A stretch of DNA of 64,000 bases, from IMG/VR virus record IMGVR_UViG_3300046318_000318, one strand, 5' to 3'. Below, piece after piece: positions 1 to 10,463 of this stretch. Within the stretch, counting starts at the first letter, position 1, and each line of letters opens with the position of its first letter. This DNA is from a virus. Taxonomy: Duplodnaviria > Caudoviricetes. The notes below the pieces were generated by a model. That model was not told the DNA's origin. It did no database searches and worked only from the letters and a program-made list of their open reading frames with translations. A program made the translations under genes and the position numbers.

Positions 1-189
1 CAGAGACCACAGCAGAAAAAACTTTCAAAACAGGTAACTCAGGCAATGCCATCGAGATCGCCAATGCGATTAAGATCCCTGTGTTTAACTTAGCTCGTCC
101 TGATGCTGAACAACGCATCTATGAATTTGTAGCTGCCAAAACAAACAAAGAGATTCAACGTTAATCTGAGAATAAAGGAATAGTGAAGA

Positions 190-918
190 ATGAATGCTAA
201 ATATCAACCTAAGAAACCTTACGTCAAACCTGTTCAAGAAAGCGCAAAACCCATGTCTGAAGAAAACACCCAAGCTCCTGCTGAAGAAGTAATTGAACCA
301 GCTGCAGAGACACAAGAAGCAGTTGCTGAAACTCCTGTGGTGGAACAAGTTCCCACACCTGCTCCAGCACCTGCAGTCGTACCAGCGCCTGTGGTTAAAC
401 CAGCTGTGGTTAACACAGTGGTCGCACCAGCTGCTAAACCAGCTACTGCTGCTGAATCCAGCATGGAAAATGTGTTTCAAAAAATGCGTGAGACCGGCAC
501 TGTGTTTGAAAAGATGACTATGGCTAGTCTCGACAGCTATGTGGACAAGATGAAACCAGGTTTGCCTATTCCAGCTGACGTGGGTGCTCGGAATCAATAC
601 GCTTTGTGGAAACTGTTTGAGTCTGTTATTGAAACAGCCCCAGAAACAGAATTCAAAAAATTGTGGTCTGTCATTCTGGCTTTTTTCAATGCGGACAAGA
701 CAGGCGTTTTTGGAGAGCGGTATGTTTATCGCTTTGCTGATCAGTGGGTTTGGTCTATTGACGAACTGAACTCCATGCAGCGTATCATCAATCTGGTTAT
801 CAACACCAAGACTCCAGCTACACGTCCTTTGGATATCAAACGTATCAGCATCGCTAAGACTGTTGAAGGTTTCAGTGAGAAGGCCAAAGAGCGTCTGAAT
901 AACTATTATCAATCTTGA
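190..918 (+). CDS. hypothetical protein, Pro/Ala/Val-rich N-terminal linker plus globular C-terminal domain
   Basis: 242-aa ORF with biased codon use, followed by an intrinsic terminator. Confidence 0.85.
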   Translation: MNAKYQPKKPYVKPVQESAKPMSEENTQAPAEEVIEPAAETQEAVAETPVVEQVPTPAPAPAVVPAPVVKPAVVNTVVAPAAKPATAAESSMENVFQKMRETGTVFEKMTMASLDSYVDKMKPGLPIPADVGARNQYALWKLFESVIETAPETEFKKLWSVILAFFNADKTGVFGERYVYRFADQWVWSIDELNSMQRIINLVINTKTPATRPLDIKRISIAKTVEGFSEKAKERLNNYYQS

Positions 919-929
919 TAAAGAATAAG

Positions 930-964
930 GATACAGAGAGCCTAGGCTCTCTGTATCTTTCTTT
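930..964 (+). terminator. intrinsic terminator
   Basis: 12-bp perfect inverted repeat GATACAGAGAGC-ctag-GCTCTCTGTATC followed by a T-rich run. Confidence 0.8.
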
Positions 965-975
965 CGGCAAATGTT

Positions 976-2424
976 TTGGTACAGGTTATTGACCTATCAA
1001 GGAACACCCAAATGAGAAATATCATCAATGCAAAAGCTCCTGGCTCTCATGAAGGACTTTACACATTAGACATCGGTGGTACAAGTGCTACCACCGTAGC
1101 TGTCGCTCTGACTAATTTAAACGGCGTTGAGAAAACTTTGATCAACCAAGTAGGTGGTCCAGTAAGTCTTGACGAACACGGTAATATCCCTAAGAACTTT
1201 TTACCCAAGGGGCTGAAACAAAAACCTACAGTATCTGGTCCTGCTACGCTCCCACCAGCTACACAAGGTGTTTACACCATCACCAACTATGATAGCAAAA
1301 GAACTTACGATCTAACTCTACAGGTAATAGGTGCTGGGGCTGTTTATAGAAACGACAATCAGGTTATATTCACTACACCTGATGCTTCTATAGTAGGCAC
1401 CGGTGGTATGTACGGTTTTAAGTTAAATGGATTTAATTTTCCTGTGATGGTAAATTTGGCTAATCCAATATTGCCTACTCCGTCTATACTCACACCTTCT
1501 CAAGGTTTAGTAATAAACAACAATAAGTTTACTGTTTCCTACCTGATAGCACCAGGTAACTATGCTGGTACAGCTTTCTCTCCTTTGTTTGTAGACTATC
1601 AGTTAGCTACAGACAGTCAATTCAACAACATCTTTGATTACGGAGTAGATGTGCCTGTAACAGGCAGTAGCTTTGTAGTAGAAGATATGCCGCAGAGTAC
1701 AGATTGTTATCTGAGAATCAGACAGAGAGATAATAACTTCGGTCACAGCGAATGGTCTGCTGTGCGTAAGTTTAACTCTGGTACTTATTCAGAAGCTTTG
1801 AGATCCAGGATACCTTTGATACAGTATCCGATCTATAGCGATTTGGGTATACTACCTACAGATAGATTACAGACAAGTCCTTTTGTAGCTATTAACTTTG
1901 ATGACAAACACGTCGAAACAGAATGGCATTTGGATGGTCTGTCTTCTCTTAGCAAAACCTTTCTAACCAGTGGACAGATCTTTAGAATCTTTAACTATTT
2001 AGAATCTGGTAGAACGTTAGAGCTTAAGGCTAGACACAGAGGTAGTTTGTCTGGATGGTCTGAATGGTCACAACCTGTGATCTTCACTATGATCTATCCT
2101 TATAAAGCCGAGCCTGTGTTAAAGAGCGTAAGTCAAGCTACATTCTACGCAGGTGAATACACAGTAGCTAATAACTCTGTGGTAGAGATAGATCCTCTAG
2201 ATAGTTTATGGCCAAGTGAGATCACACTAGGTGTAGCTTGGGAAGTACAGAAAGTAGGATCTACTGCTGTAACTGTGGTGAATACTTACGGTCAGTCTAT
2301 GAACGTGATCATATCTGTACTGTTAGCTGGTCAGTCTAGTGGTGTGTATTATATCAGACCTCGCATACTGACTAACTATTCTTCTGTTAAAGTAACTGCA
2401 GCTTTTAGATTAAGAAAGCTTTAA
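976..2424 (+). CDS. putative virion/tail protein with FN3/Ig-like repeats
   Basis: 482 aa; two FN3-type endings (HSEWSAVRKF, SGWSEWSQPV); fibre-like motif VGGPVSLDEHGNIP; start codon uncertain. Confidence 0.55.
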   Translation: MVQVIDLSRNTQMRNIINAKAPGSHEGLYTLDIGGTSATTVAVALTNLNGVEKTLINQVGGPVSLDEHGNIPKNFLPKGLKQKPTVSGPATLPPATQGVYTITNYDSKRTYDLTLQVIGAGAVYRNDNQVIFTTPDASIVGTGGMYGFKLNGFNFPVMVNLANPILPTPSILTPSQGLVINNNKFTVSYLIAPGNYAGTAFSPLFVDYQLATDSQFNNIFDYGVDVPVTGSSFVVEDMPQSTDCYLRIRQRDNNFGHSEWSAVRKFNSGTYSEALRSRIPLIQYPIYSDLGILPTDRLQTSPFVAINFDDKHVETEWHLDGLSSLSKTFLTSGQIFRIFNYLESGRTLELKARHRGSLSGWSEWSQPVIFTMIYPYKAEPVLKSVSQATFYAGEYTVANNSVVEIDPLDSLWPSEITLGVAWEVQKVGSTAVTVVNTYGQSMNVIISVLLAGQSSGVYYIRPRILTNYSSVKVTAAFRLRKL

Positions 2425-2436
2425 ACAAAAAAAAAA

Positions 2437-2470
2437 AATACTCCCGGCCTTTTGGCCTGGGAGTATTTTT
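2437..2470. terminator. bidirectional terminator between convergent genes
   Basis: AATACTCCC(C)GGCC-tttt-GGCC(T)GGGAGTATT hairpin flanked by A and T runs. Confidence 0.75.
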
Positions 2471-2475
2471 TGCTG

Positions 2476-4023
2476 TCATATCATGTTTGGATAGTGTAGC
2501 TCATTGATGGAAGCTACCTTAGGCTGATACAAAAGCTTTCGATTACGGTGATAACCTACTTGCTTAGGGATCTGTAAGCAATACAGGTAGTAGAACTTAA
2601 CATCTCTGTCTTTCAACTCTCTCAGTCTACCTAACGCTTGAAGATTAGATACAGGACTGTCTACGGAGACAGACATGATCGCCACTCTTAGATTAGGTAT
2701 ATCGATAGCCGTACCACCAGACTGGATCGTAGTGACTCTTATGTCAGCTTCGATCACATTCTCATAAGGGTCGTCTTCCACATACCTTCGCACATCCAGA
2801 TCAGGAAACTCTTCTTTCAAATGTTTGGTATACTCAGTACACATATCTATACTGGCACAAAAGACAACGAGTTTATCGTTTTCCATCTTACCAGATATAT
2901 ACGTGTCCTTAACCAACCTCGTAAGCATCATGAAGTAGTTATCTCTCTTCATGGTATTCTTAGTTATACTTTTCTCAAACTCTATATGGCTGTAGTTATT
3001 ACTACCAAAAGGTGAGGTTCGTATTTTAGAGGCGTTGAAATTAGAGATCTCATAGCTGATAGGGAACAGCTTGATGTATTTCTTCATTTCGATTTTGTCG
3101 AAACGGATCTGTTTAGGGAAGATGAGACTATACATCCTCTTTAGAAACGGATCTTCAGATACCAGGGTAGCTGTTAGAAATACCAAGTTGTGGATATGCA
3201 TGTGCGTTAGCGCTCTGAATACTGCATGAAAGTGCTGGTGACCTTCATCGACAATCATCGTACCTGCCTTGATCGTTCTTGCAAAGTCACAAGGTTTGCA
3301 CTCATACCCACTCATCTCAAATTCATCTACGGATCCAGAATATGCTTCTAGGTAGTACATGAATGTAGTCAAACTACAGATGATAAACTTACTGGTAAGC
3401 TGTCCATCTGCGGCTAAGGATATCAAACCCTTTAGCTGATCACCACCTTGTACGGTCATGATCTCTTTGGGCTTAACATTAACCACAGCTACTATTTCCT
3501 CAGCCCACTTTTCTATGTACTTAGGTAGAACAAGTACAAATACTCGCTCACCCATGTTCACAGCCGTGGCTAAAGAACTTATACCTTTACCTGTACCTGT
3601 CGGTAAAGACACCAATCTGCTGTTGAAATCACCTTCGTACTTGGCAGAGCAGAATTGCACCACCTCGTTTTGATAATCTCTAAGTTCCCAACCTGGGTTG
3701 AGTTTTAGATCTACTTTAGTAGCTTCATAGGAATCCGCTACTGTAACTTCATACATGCTGTCATCAAAGTGTTCATAAGCAAGAAGCTTCAGAAACTCTG
3801 AGTATTGAGCTATGTGAAATCTAAACTCTGTGCTGGCTTTGTTCTTCCAAGCATATGTCTTCTGTACTGTGTTTTGTTTATTCCCTATTTTCACATAGTT
3901 GATTTGAACAAACTTAACACAGAACTTAAGCAACATAGCCAAAGCTCTGGGTGTAGGGAAAGTGACGCTGAATGAATGTGTGTATTTGGTTACATGGAAG
4001 TGTTTGGGTATATCGATTTGCAT
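2476..4023 (-). CDS. superfamily 2 (DExH) helicase
   Basis: Walker A LPTGTGKG, motif II VDEGH, motif III LTAT, motif VI QALGRLR; follows the beta-prime gene as in phiKZ-like phages. Confidence 0.9.
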   Translation of the reverse strand: MQIDIPKHFHVTKYTHSFSVTFPTPRALAMLLKFCVKFVQINYVKIGNKQNTVQKTYAWKNKASTEFRFHIAQYSEFLKLLAYEHFDDSMYEVTVADSYEATKVDLKLNPGWELRDYQNEVVQFCSAKYEGDFNSRLVSLPTGTGKGISSLATAVNMGERVFVLVLPKYIEKWAEEIVAVVNVKPKEIMTVQGGDQLKGLISLAADGQLTSKFIICSLTTFMYYLEAYSGSVDEFEMSGYECKPCDFARTIKAGTMIVDEGHQHFHAVFRALTHMHIHNLVFLTATLVSEDPFLKRMYSLIFPKQIRFDKIEMKKYIKLFPISYEISNFNASKIRTSPFGSNNYSHIEFEKSITKNTMKRDNYFMMLTRLVKDTYISGKMENDKLVVFCASIDMCTEYTKHLKEEFPDLDVRRYVEDDPYENVIEADIRVTTIQSGGTAIDIPNLRVAIMSVSVDSPVSNLQALGRLRELKDRDVKFYYLYCLQIPKQVGYHRNRKLLYQPKVASINELHYPNMI

Positions 4024-4066
4024 AGAGAAAAAGAAAAGCCTGGTGTTAATAGGCTTTTCTTACTCC

Positions 4067-6079
4067 TTAGACAGTTAAGGTTCTTCGTTGTCGTTCAGCT
4101 TCGAGTACCTCATGAGGCATCACGAACACATCGAACGGGCTGTCGGGTCTGTCCAACTTGTAATAGCTGGCTGGATTCAGGATCACATCTTGCTGACCCT
4201 GATAAGCAAATGCCACAGAGAGACTTCGGTTCTTCATGACTCTGGCTGCGATAGACATCACAGCTTTATCAGACCCACGAGAAAGACCGAAGGTACCTGG
4301 TTCACTTACCATACTTGCGTAGATAATCACTTCAAGACAAGCTATGTTCACATTGAGTTTGGCATTCACCAACATGAACAGCTGTTGCAGTGTGTAGACA
4401 GCAGACTCTGGAGTCTGTCGATCATTCAGGTTTTCCAACTTAGACTCGATGATCTCGGCCACTTGTTTAGAGTGATCTGAGAACGAGTACTCGATGTCGG
4501 GCATCTTGAACAACGGCAGTGTATAGTTCCAGTTGGTCAACTCAAGAACAAAGTTGTTTTTGCTGTCTGTGTGCCATCCATGATCTTTAAGATAATACAG
4601 AAACTCCTGGCTCAGATTAGCTCCTCGATTACCTTGAGAAAGATCTACTGTATCAACAAGCTTGTTACCTTTGGCGTCTGTCAAACACAGATCGATCGTA
4701 GAGATGTTACTCACACGAGTCGGGTTGATCTTAGTCACATCTTGAGCAATATGCAGATCCACCAACCCAGGCAAGCAATCCCTACTGATCGTTATCGTAG
4801 GATTCATCTTCTTGAACCTTGTGTTCAGGATGTATCCAGTCTTCTCTTTAGTCAGATCAAAGAATCTTCCTGTGTTATCAGAGAGGTTGATGGTGGGTGA
4901 GACTGAACTGGCCTGATAGTGCTTGTTCGACAACACAGACTGAGAGGTCTGTTGAGTCATCGTGGCTGCACAAATATGCCCAAGGTTGGTATATGCAGAC
5001 AGGTTGTATGACAACCCACCGAAGCATACAGCACAGACACCGTGCTTGTCGTTGTGCTTACAACCCAGAACAGACCTGATTTTAAGTGTCTTCCCATACA
5101 GAGTAGAGTCGTCACCACGGATCATTTTCAGATTACCAGTTTCTTCATCCAGATAATACTTGCCAGCCATGTAAGCCAGATCACCTTGGTAGGTCGTTAC
5201 ACCAGCTTCATCTTTGGTAGGTGGAAGTATTAGCCAGTGAATGTAATCTGTAGATCCACAATCTACATAGTGAAGTCTTTCTACTGTCATGCACAACAGC
5301 TGAAGTCGCCGAGCAAAATACTCAGCATCTTCCAAAGGCGACTCTGAGAAATAGTGACTCTTAGCAGCAGAACGTGATTCAGCTGCGTAGTCGTGAAGTC
5401 TCACAAACCCTTCTGTGAAGTTGGACATGATAGGAGTAGGAAGGATCTTACCATCTACCTCTGTCAGAAACCCACGCACAGCCACACACTGGGTAACTTG
5501 GTTGGCATTCACCATCTTAGACCGAACAGCCCTAGCCAAGTTGTTGTTGGAAAACTCCTCGTTAGTCTTAAGGATGTTCAGGATCTTATTGTAACTATCC
5601 ACAATGGAATCGTTATTTGGCTGTACAGAGTCATTGATCTGTTTAACAGTCGGGTGATCCACCACTTCAATGAAGTCCAAAATGTCGATAGATGACACAT
5701 AAGCTTCTGCCTCACATGTCACCTTGTTATGAACATTGTTTGTGATTTGGTAAATCAGTTTGTTGATGTTCTCTCGATCCACTGGACTGTTGATCTTGAA
5801 GTGCCAGATCGTATCCTCAGCTATCCTTCCCAACAGCTCGATATGCGTCTCTGAACTCAAGGGTTGGTTCTTGAGCACAGTCTCAACACAATGCCTACTC
5901 GTCAAAGGCAAGCCAGCATACCTTCTGTGGAATTCCCAGAAGTGCCAACTATAGGTAGTCTTATTCCGTGTAGACGGAACGGTGTTTCCGTCGTCAAAAG
6001 TCAGAAGAAAGCTTTTGGGAAGCTCGCTCAACTGACTCTGGCTAAGGAAGCAGATTTCTCTTGCAGACAAATTGTTCAT
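4067..6079 (-). CDS. nvRNAP beta-prime subunit, C-terminal part (phiKZ gp74-like)
   Basis: bridge-helix-like SRSAAKS...EYFARRLQLL, Zn site C...GVCAVCFG, trigger-loop-like GHICAATMTQQTSQSVLSNKH; synteny. Confidence 0.88.
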   Translation of the reverse strand: MNNLSAREICFLSQSQLSELPKSFLLTFDDGNTVPSTRNKTTYSWHFWEFHRRYAGLPLTSRHCVETVLKNQPLSSETHIELLGRIAEDTIWHFKINSPVDRENINKLIYQITNNVHNKVTCEAEAYVSSIDILDFIEVVDHPTVKQINDSVQPNNDSIVDSYNKILNILKTNEEFSNNNLARAVRSKMVNANQVTQCVAVRGFLTEVDGKILPTPIMSNFTEGFVRLHDYAAESRSAAKSHYFSESPLEDAEYFARRLQLLCMTVERLHYVDCGSTDYIHWLILPPTKDEAGVTTYQGDLAYMAGKYYLDEETGNLKMIRGDDSTLYGKTLKIRSVLGCKHNDKHGVCAVCFGGLSYNLSAYTNLGHICAATMTQQTSQSVLSNKHYQASSVSPTINLSDNTGRFFDLTKEKTGYILNTRFKKMNPTITISRDCLPGLVDLHIAQDVTKINPTRVSNISTIDLCLTDAKGNKLVDTVDLSQGNRGANLSQEFLYYLKDHGWHTDSKNNFVLELTNWNYTLPLFKMPDIEYSFSDHSKQVAEIIESKLENLNDRQTPESAVYTLQQLFMLVNAKLNVNIACLEVIIYASMVSEPGTFGLSRGSDKAVMSIAARVMKNRSLSVAFAYQGQQDVILNPASYYKLDRPDSPFDVFVMPHEVLEAERQRRTLTV

Positions 6080-6085
6080 GATACT

Positions 6086-9000
6086 TTATTCTTCCACGTA
6101 CTTGGTTTTAAATCCGGTACAGGTGAACATGTGGTTGATGATCTGTATGGGTTTCGTGTTACCGTAAGTAACCAGATTCCTATCCACGATCTCTTTGATA
6201 TCAGAAGGTTTCTCAGCATCCAAGATGTTCCTTGCCATATGGCGCTGAACAAGAGGGTTACCAGATCTATCCAACATCTCAGCCACAGCTTCCCGACCAC
6301 AATACCCCACAAACAAACGACCCTCAGTCTCACCGATGGTCCTGACCGGTGTGTTGCGATAAGGTCTTGCATGCTTTTCACGACGGTTGACCTGAGCCAA
6401 CAATCCATGCAACTGAAGGTTGCCTGTGCTCACAGCTGTCCAGTCGTCAGCGATCTTTTCCAACAGCATCATGTACAGAGGAGCGATCCTTACATTTCTT
6501 TCCGTAGTCACCATTTCACCAGAATTACCACGATAGGTTACCTTACCGTAGACTGGTTTGTAAGGAGACGCCTCTATCCTTTTGACGATCTCTTTGGATG
6601 AGAGCTGTTTGTCAATAGGCACATAGGCATACGCATGGTTAGAGATGATACTGACCATGTGCTCAGCCTGACTCTCTGGTGTTACCATACTTGCGTAGTA
6701 CATGGCTTGTTTGTCTGAGAACAACTTATAGAAGTCCACGACATACTGATGCACGGCTTGTATCTTTTGGATATCGTGCTTAGCCAGTAACTGTTCTGCT
6801 GTCACAGCTGTGGGTGTCAATCGCTCATATCCAAATTGTTGTCTGACGTGCTGGGTGATGTCCCTCAGCGTAGCACTCATGTGCTGTTCATACAACCTAC
6901 CTAAGTTCATGCGGGAGATAGTAGATGCTGCGTCCATCACCACATCCGCACGATTGCCATTTTCGTCCACTGGCATGTTCTCAGGTTCCTCAGTTTTTAC
7001 AACTACGCCTTTCTTATTGTCCAGTAAAGTCGCTCAGCTTCACAGCTTACTCTCTTTACCCGGTGTGCTAAGACACCCGCCTGTACTTTCATACAGGAAC
7101 AGACTATATCTTCATCCTTCCTTTCGGTTAGGATGTCTCCCATTTCGAATCTTGCTAAGATCCTACGCCTTACGGCTAGTCGTTGGCCACACCCCATGTA
7201 AGTATATATGTACATACTTAGTTAGGAGCTTCGGTGCGGATTGCCCATATATCTTTATTAGTTTTACCTTACCTGTGTGATTAGCACAGCCGTTAACTCA
7301 TTTTCATGGTTAAGTTGGTCAATAAAGTTTTGGGGGTTCCCCGGCAATTAGAGAGATTTTTTGTATTTACATTACTGTAAATAGGTGGCAGGATTTTATA
7401 TTTCATTGGTAGTTACCAGACTTATTTCGATGTGTCGATCTAGCTAAGTCTAAAGATATTCTCTGGCCAGGTGGTAAATCCAGTCAGATATCTTAAAATG
7501 TAGTTCTCATATGGGATTTCATGATTATCATCCAAAAGCTCTATGACTTTATTTTGGTCTAGCTTAGTTTGATTTATAAAATCTTGAAAATTCCATACGG
7601 TTTGTTTACGCTCAGTGACATTGTAAACAATTATATCGAAAGTGTTGAACAACGTTTCCTTAAAACCTAAACCGCGAAGTAGTCTTGTTTTAAACTTCTC
7701 ACGGTCTATATTTAGTTGTCTTATCCACTCTTCAATAGGTTGTATTATATCACCGTACTTGACGTTTTGATGGTAGTATCTTACATTCACCATTTGCTCT
7801 CTTGGATTACTCCATTTACAATTAGCTTTGTAATAACCCTTATCGCCGTCTATTCTGTCGAGCGTTGTGTTGTCCGGTCTTGGACCCATATCGTCGTAAA
7901 AGTGCTTGAATGACTTAAGCCAGCTTTCACATATGGTGATCCCGCGTTCACCGTAAAGATGGTATTTTATGTTATTTTTATTAGTGCAACGCTGGATCAT
8001 ATTCTCCCAAGTAGAATATTCCCTGCTTTGCCATAAACCATGCTTTGTTTTATTAGCCTGACGGTAACACCCACAACTTTTATTTGTAGGTCTTTTCAAT
8101 AGAGGTAGACATATATTTTTAATTACGCCGCAATCACACTGGCATTTAAAAATACGCCCGCTCTTACCCATCGGAGCTTCTTCGAGAACTGTTAACATAT
8201 TGAAACGTTGTCCAATATCAATCTTGCTTCTGCTCATTTCATACTCACCTCTTTCTTTTAAATGATTTCAAATCGACACATCTGAAATCTAGGTTGTTGT
8301 TCTACCAATGAACTATAAATTTTTATTTACCACCATGATTATCGGTTAACTTAAACCCTTCGCATGGCTCTATGGTGTACTCAATCACAAACTGGATTTG
8401 ATATTCGTCAACAGATGTTTTCCGTGATTGGAGTTGCAGTGGTTGTTTAAAGCTACTGCTGTTGTGATTGGTTTGCACCATGGCTTCACAGACAAGCTTG
8501 TCAAACTTAGGTGTAGTCAAGATCTCATTTGTGCCAAACTTTGTTCTGTTGTCCTTGCGAAGAGAAATTTCCAGATCGATCACTTTCTTGTAAAAAGATT
8601 GATTGGCCTCATGGTACCTGTTTAGGTAGTGAGACATCTCCACCGGCATATTCTTAACAGGTGCGTTATTGCGAATGACTTTGACATCCACCACCACTCC
8701 ACCCCCACCTCGTACGTAGACAGCTTCGTCAAACATGTGGTCGACTTCCATCAGATCGATACGGGACATCTCTACAGGCGAAAGAGATGTGTTGAAATCT
8801 CTGAACGCCATGAGAATACCATCTTCACGGATCTTGTCACCAATCTCTGGGAAAGGTTTGACCTCGTTGATGGTACCGTAAAGGTTGAGCGGGAATTGTT
8901 TACTACCGAAGTTGACCACTCGGGTGTCATAGATCTTGAACTTAAGCTTAGGCAGAAAGTCCTTAGAGACCATAATACCGTCCTCAGCCACAGACGGAAT

Positions 9001-9513
9001 AGACATCAAAGCGATGTTAGCGTTGATGCCAAACATGAAGTTACCGTTGTCAGAGACAGCTGGCGTGTCCGCAAAGATTGTGTCTTTTTGGATGTAAGCA
9101 CCTGGCTGAAGCTTACCGATGTTCTTCTTGTTAACTTTGTACTTAAAGCCAAAGTTCTGATGGTATTGGGCTTTGTACGGAATGACCAGATAGTCTATCT
9201 GTTTGTTATCTTCACGTTCAAAGAACACATAAGTCTCTGGATTGAAGTTCAAAGACTTGTTACCGATACCTCTTGGGTAGCGATCCATGATGGCGATGAT
9301 GCGGCCATCTTCAGGCATCTTTACGTTAAAGGTATACTTACCGAACTCTTGTTCAAGCCCAGTCTGTACCAGTTTCTCTTGAGCGCCGTCGATCACCAGA
9401 CGCTGACCGATATGTGAAGAGAACATAACTGCTCGTGAGGAGCTGTTATGTGCACAGTAGGCATTCAGACCTTGAATACCTACGAATTCCAGTTTCAGTT
9501 CATTCTTTTGCAT
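6086..9513 (-). CDS. nvRNAP beta subunit, C-terminal part (phiKZ gp71-73-like); spliced exons 9513-8329 and 7012-6086, about 703 aa
   Basis: joining the exons restores GFKLTDNHGG|KGVV (compare GDKxxxRHGxKGV); also SRMNLG and TIGETEGR; the junction is in frame. Confidence 0.9.
7013..8328 (-). mobile_element. group I intron (1316 nt) with an HNH endonuclease ORF in the P1 loop
   Basis: 5' exon GGUGGU pairs with IGS GCCACC (7384-7389) with a terminal U.G; P AAUUGCCGGGG, Q AAUCCGCA, R GCCAACGACUA, S AAGAUAUAGUC; ends in omega-G at 7013. Confidence 0.93.
7440..8237 (-). CDS. intron-encoded HNH-family homing endonuclease
   Basis: EYSTWENMIQRC...GERGITIC...TLDRIDGDKGY...NCKWS pattern of phage HNH endonucleases; AT-rich; inside the intron. 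Confidence 0.88.
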   Translation of the reverse strand: MSRSKIDIGQRFNMLTVLEEAPMGKSGRIFKCQCDCGVIKNICLPLLKRPTNKSCGCYRQANKTKHGLWQSREYSTWENMIQRCTNKNNIKYHLYGERGITICESWLKSFKHFYDDMGPRPDNTTLDRIDGDKGYYKANCKWSNPREQMVNVRYYHQNVKYGDIIQPIEEWIRQLNIDREKFKTRLLRGLGFKETLFNTFDIIVYNVTERKQTVWNFQDFINQTKLDQNKVIELLDDNHEIPYENYILRYLTGFTTWPENIFRLS

Positions 9514-10003
9514 GATTGCTCCTTATGGTGGATATGATCCAGTGTGGTACTTTTGATGGAAGAGACCAGTGAGCAAACTTAAGTTTTTCACCGATGTAGA
9601 AGGATCTATAAGCTTGAACAAGGTCGTCTTGCTTATATTTGTCTGGCATACAAAGAGGTATGGGGGTTCTTTCTTTCTTTGTGATTTTCTCAGGTGGTAT
9701 GGATAACCTACTCTGTAATAACAGGTGAGTCAAATGTTGTTTACCGTAGCGTTCTTCGTATTCTTCTGCCATGCAGCAGAAATACTCATAGTGCCACAGA
9801 TAGTTACCTATGCTTTCTCTTGTCCAGATGGTGGATGGGTGATTAACATGGGCGGCTTTGTAAAGACCGTCTGTGTAATCTGATTCGAGTTGGTGAGCTG
9901 TGGATAACATCTGACCAGACTCAAGAACCATCTTTACGACATGTTCATTGCATAGGTATCTAGCAGAAACCTTAGGATCTAAGTCCAATAAGAATATGTT
10001 CAT
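9500..10003 (-). CDS. denV: pyrimidine-dimer DNA glycosylase (T4 endonuclease V-like family)
   Basis: MNIFLLD...HVVKMVLESGQMLSTAH...HVNHPSTIW...YRSFY signature. Confidence 0.75.
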   Translation of the reverse strand: MNIFLLDLDPKVSARYLCNEHVVKMVLESGQMLSTAHQLESDYTDGLYKAAHVNHPSTIWTRESIGNYLWHYEYFCCMAEEYEERYGKQHLTHLLLQSRLSIPPEKITKKERTPIPLCMPDKYKQDDLVQAYRSFYIGEKLKFAHWSLPSKVPHWIISTIRSNHAKE

Positions 10004-10078
10004 GTTTAGACTTTGATGGATGATACAGTCAAATAGAATATATGTGGTCTAGATGGTATAGACACAGGAACATAAACC

Positions 10079-10402
10079 ATGGACATCCTAAAACAAATCC
10101 CTAATCTAGAATCTTTCTTTTTTGAGAAAGACTTCATTAACACTTTGGAATCCCACCTGACTTACTTAAGAAGTAAGAACACCAAAGTAAAAACTATCAC
10201 TACTCATCTTCTAGATAAGTACAGTGGTGACTTCTATGGGTTGTTAGATGAACTCAACATACCTAAACAGTATCATTATGCTGTCATGAGGGTGAATGGG
10301 TTCGATAACAGTGATAATTATAGATCTACCATTACTGCTATTATCATACCTGATTTCAGTGAGATAGAGTCTATTAAAGATATCTATCGTACAAAAAAAT
10401 AA
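10079..10402 (+). CDS. hypothetical protein
   Basis: 107-aa ORF with SD (AGGA), on the opposite strand, ending at a convergent terminator. Confidence 0.8.
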   Translation: MDILKQIPNLESFFFEKDFINTLESHLTYLRSKNTKVKTITTHLLDKYSGDFYGLLDELNIPKQYHYAVMRVNGFDNSDNYRSTITAIIIPDFSEIESIKDIYRTKK

Positions 10403-10420
10403 CCCATAGGCTGTTATATG

Positions 10421-10447
10421 TCCAGAGTCCCTTGTGGGGACTCTGGA
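10421..10447. terminator. bidirectional terminator hairpin
   Basis: TCCAGAGTCCC-ttgtg-GGGACTCTGGA. Confidence 0.7.
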
Positions 10448-10463
10448 TTTTTAACCCGAGTTA

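Noticed and set aside
85-912. 275-aa minus-strand ORF
   Set aside because: Antisense to the 242-aa gene that has its own terminator
4088-9417. Several plus-strand ORFs of 100-260 aa (e.g. 5864-6601, 8629-9417)
   Set aside because: Shadows of the RNAP subunit genes
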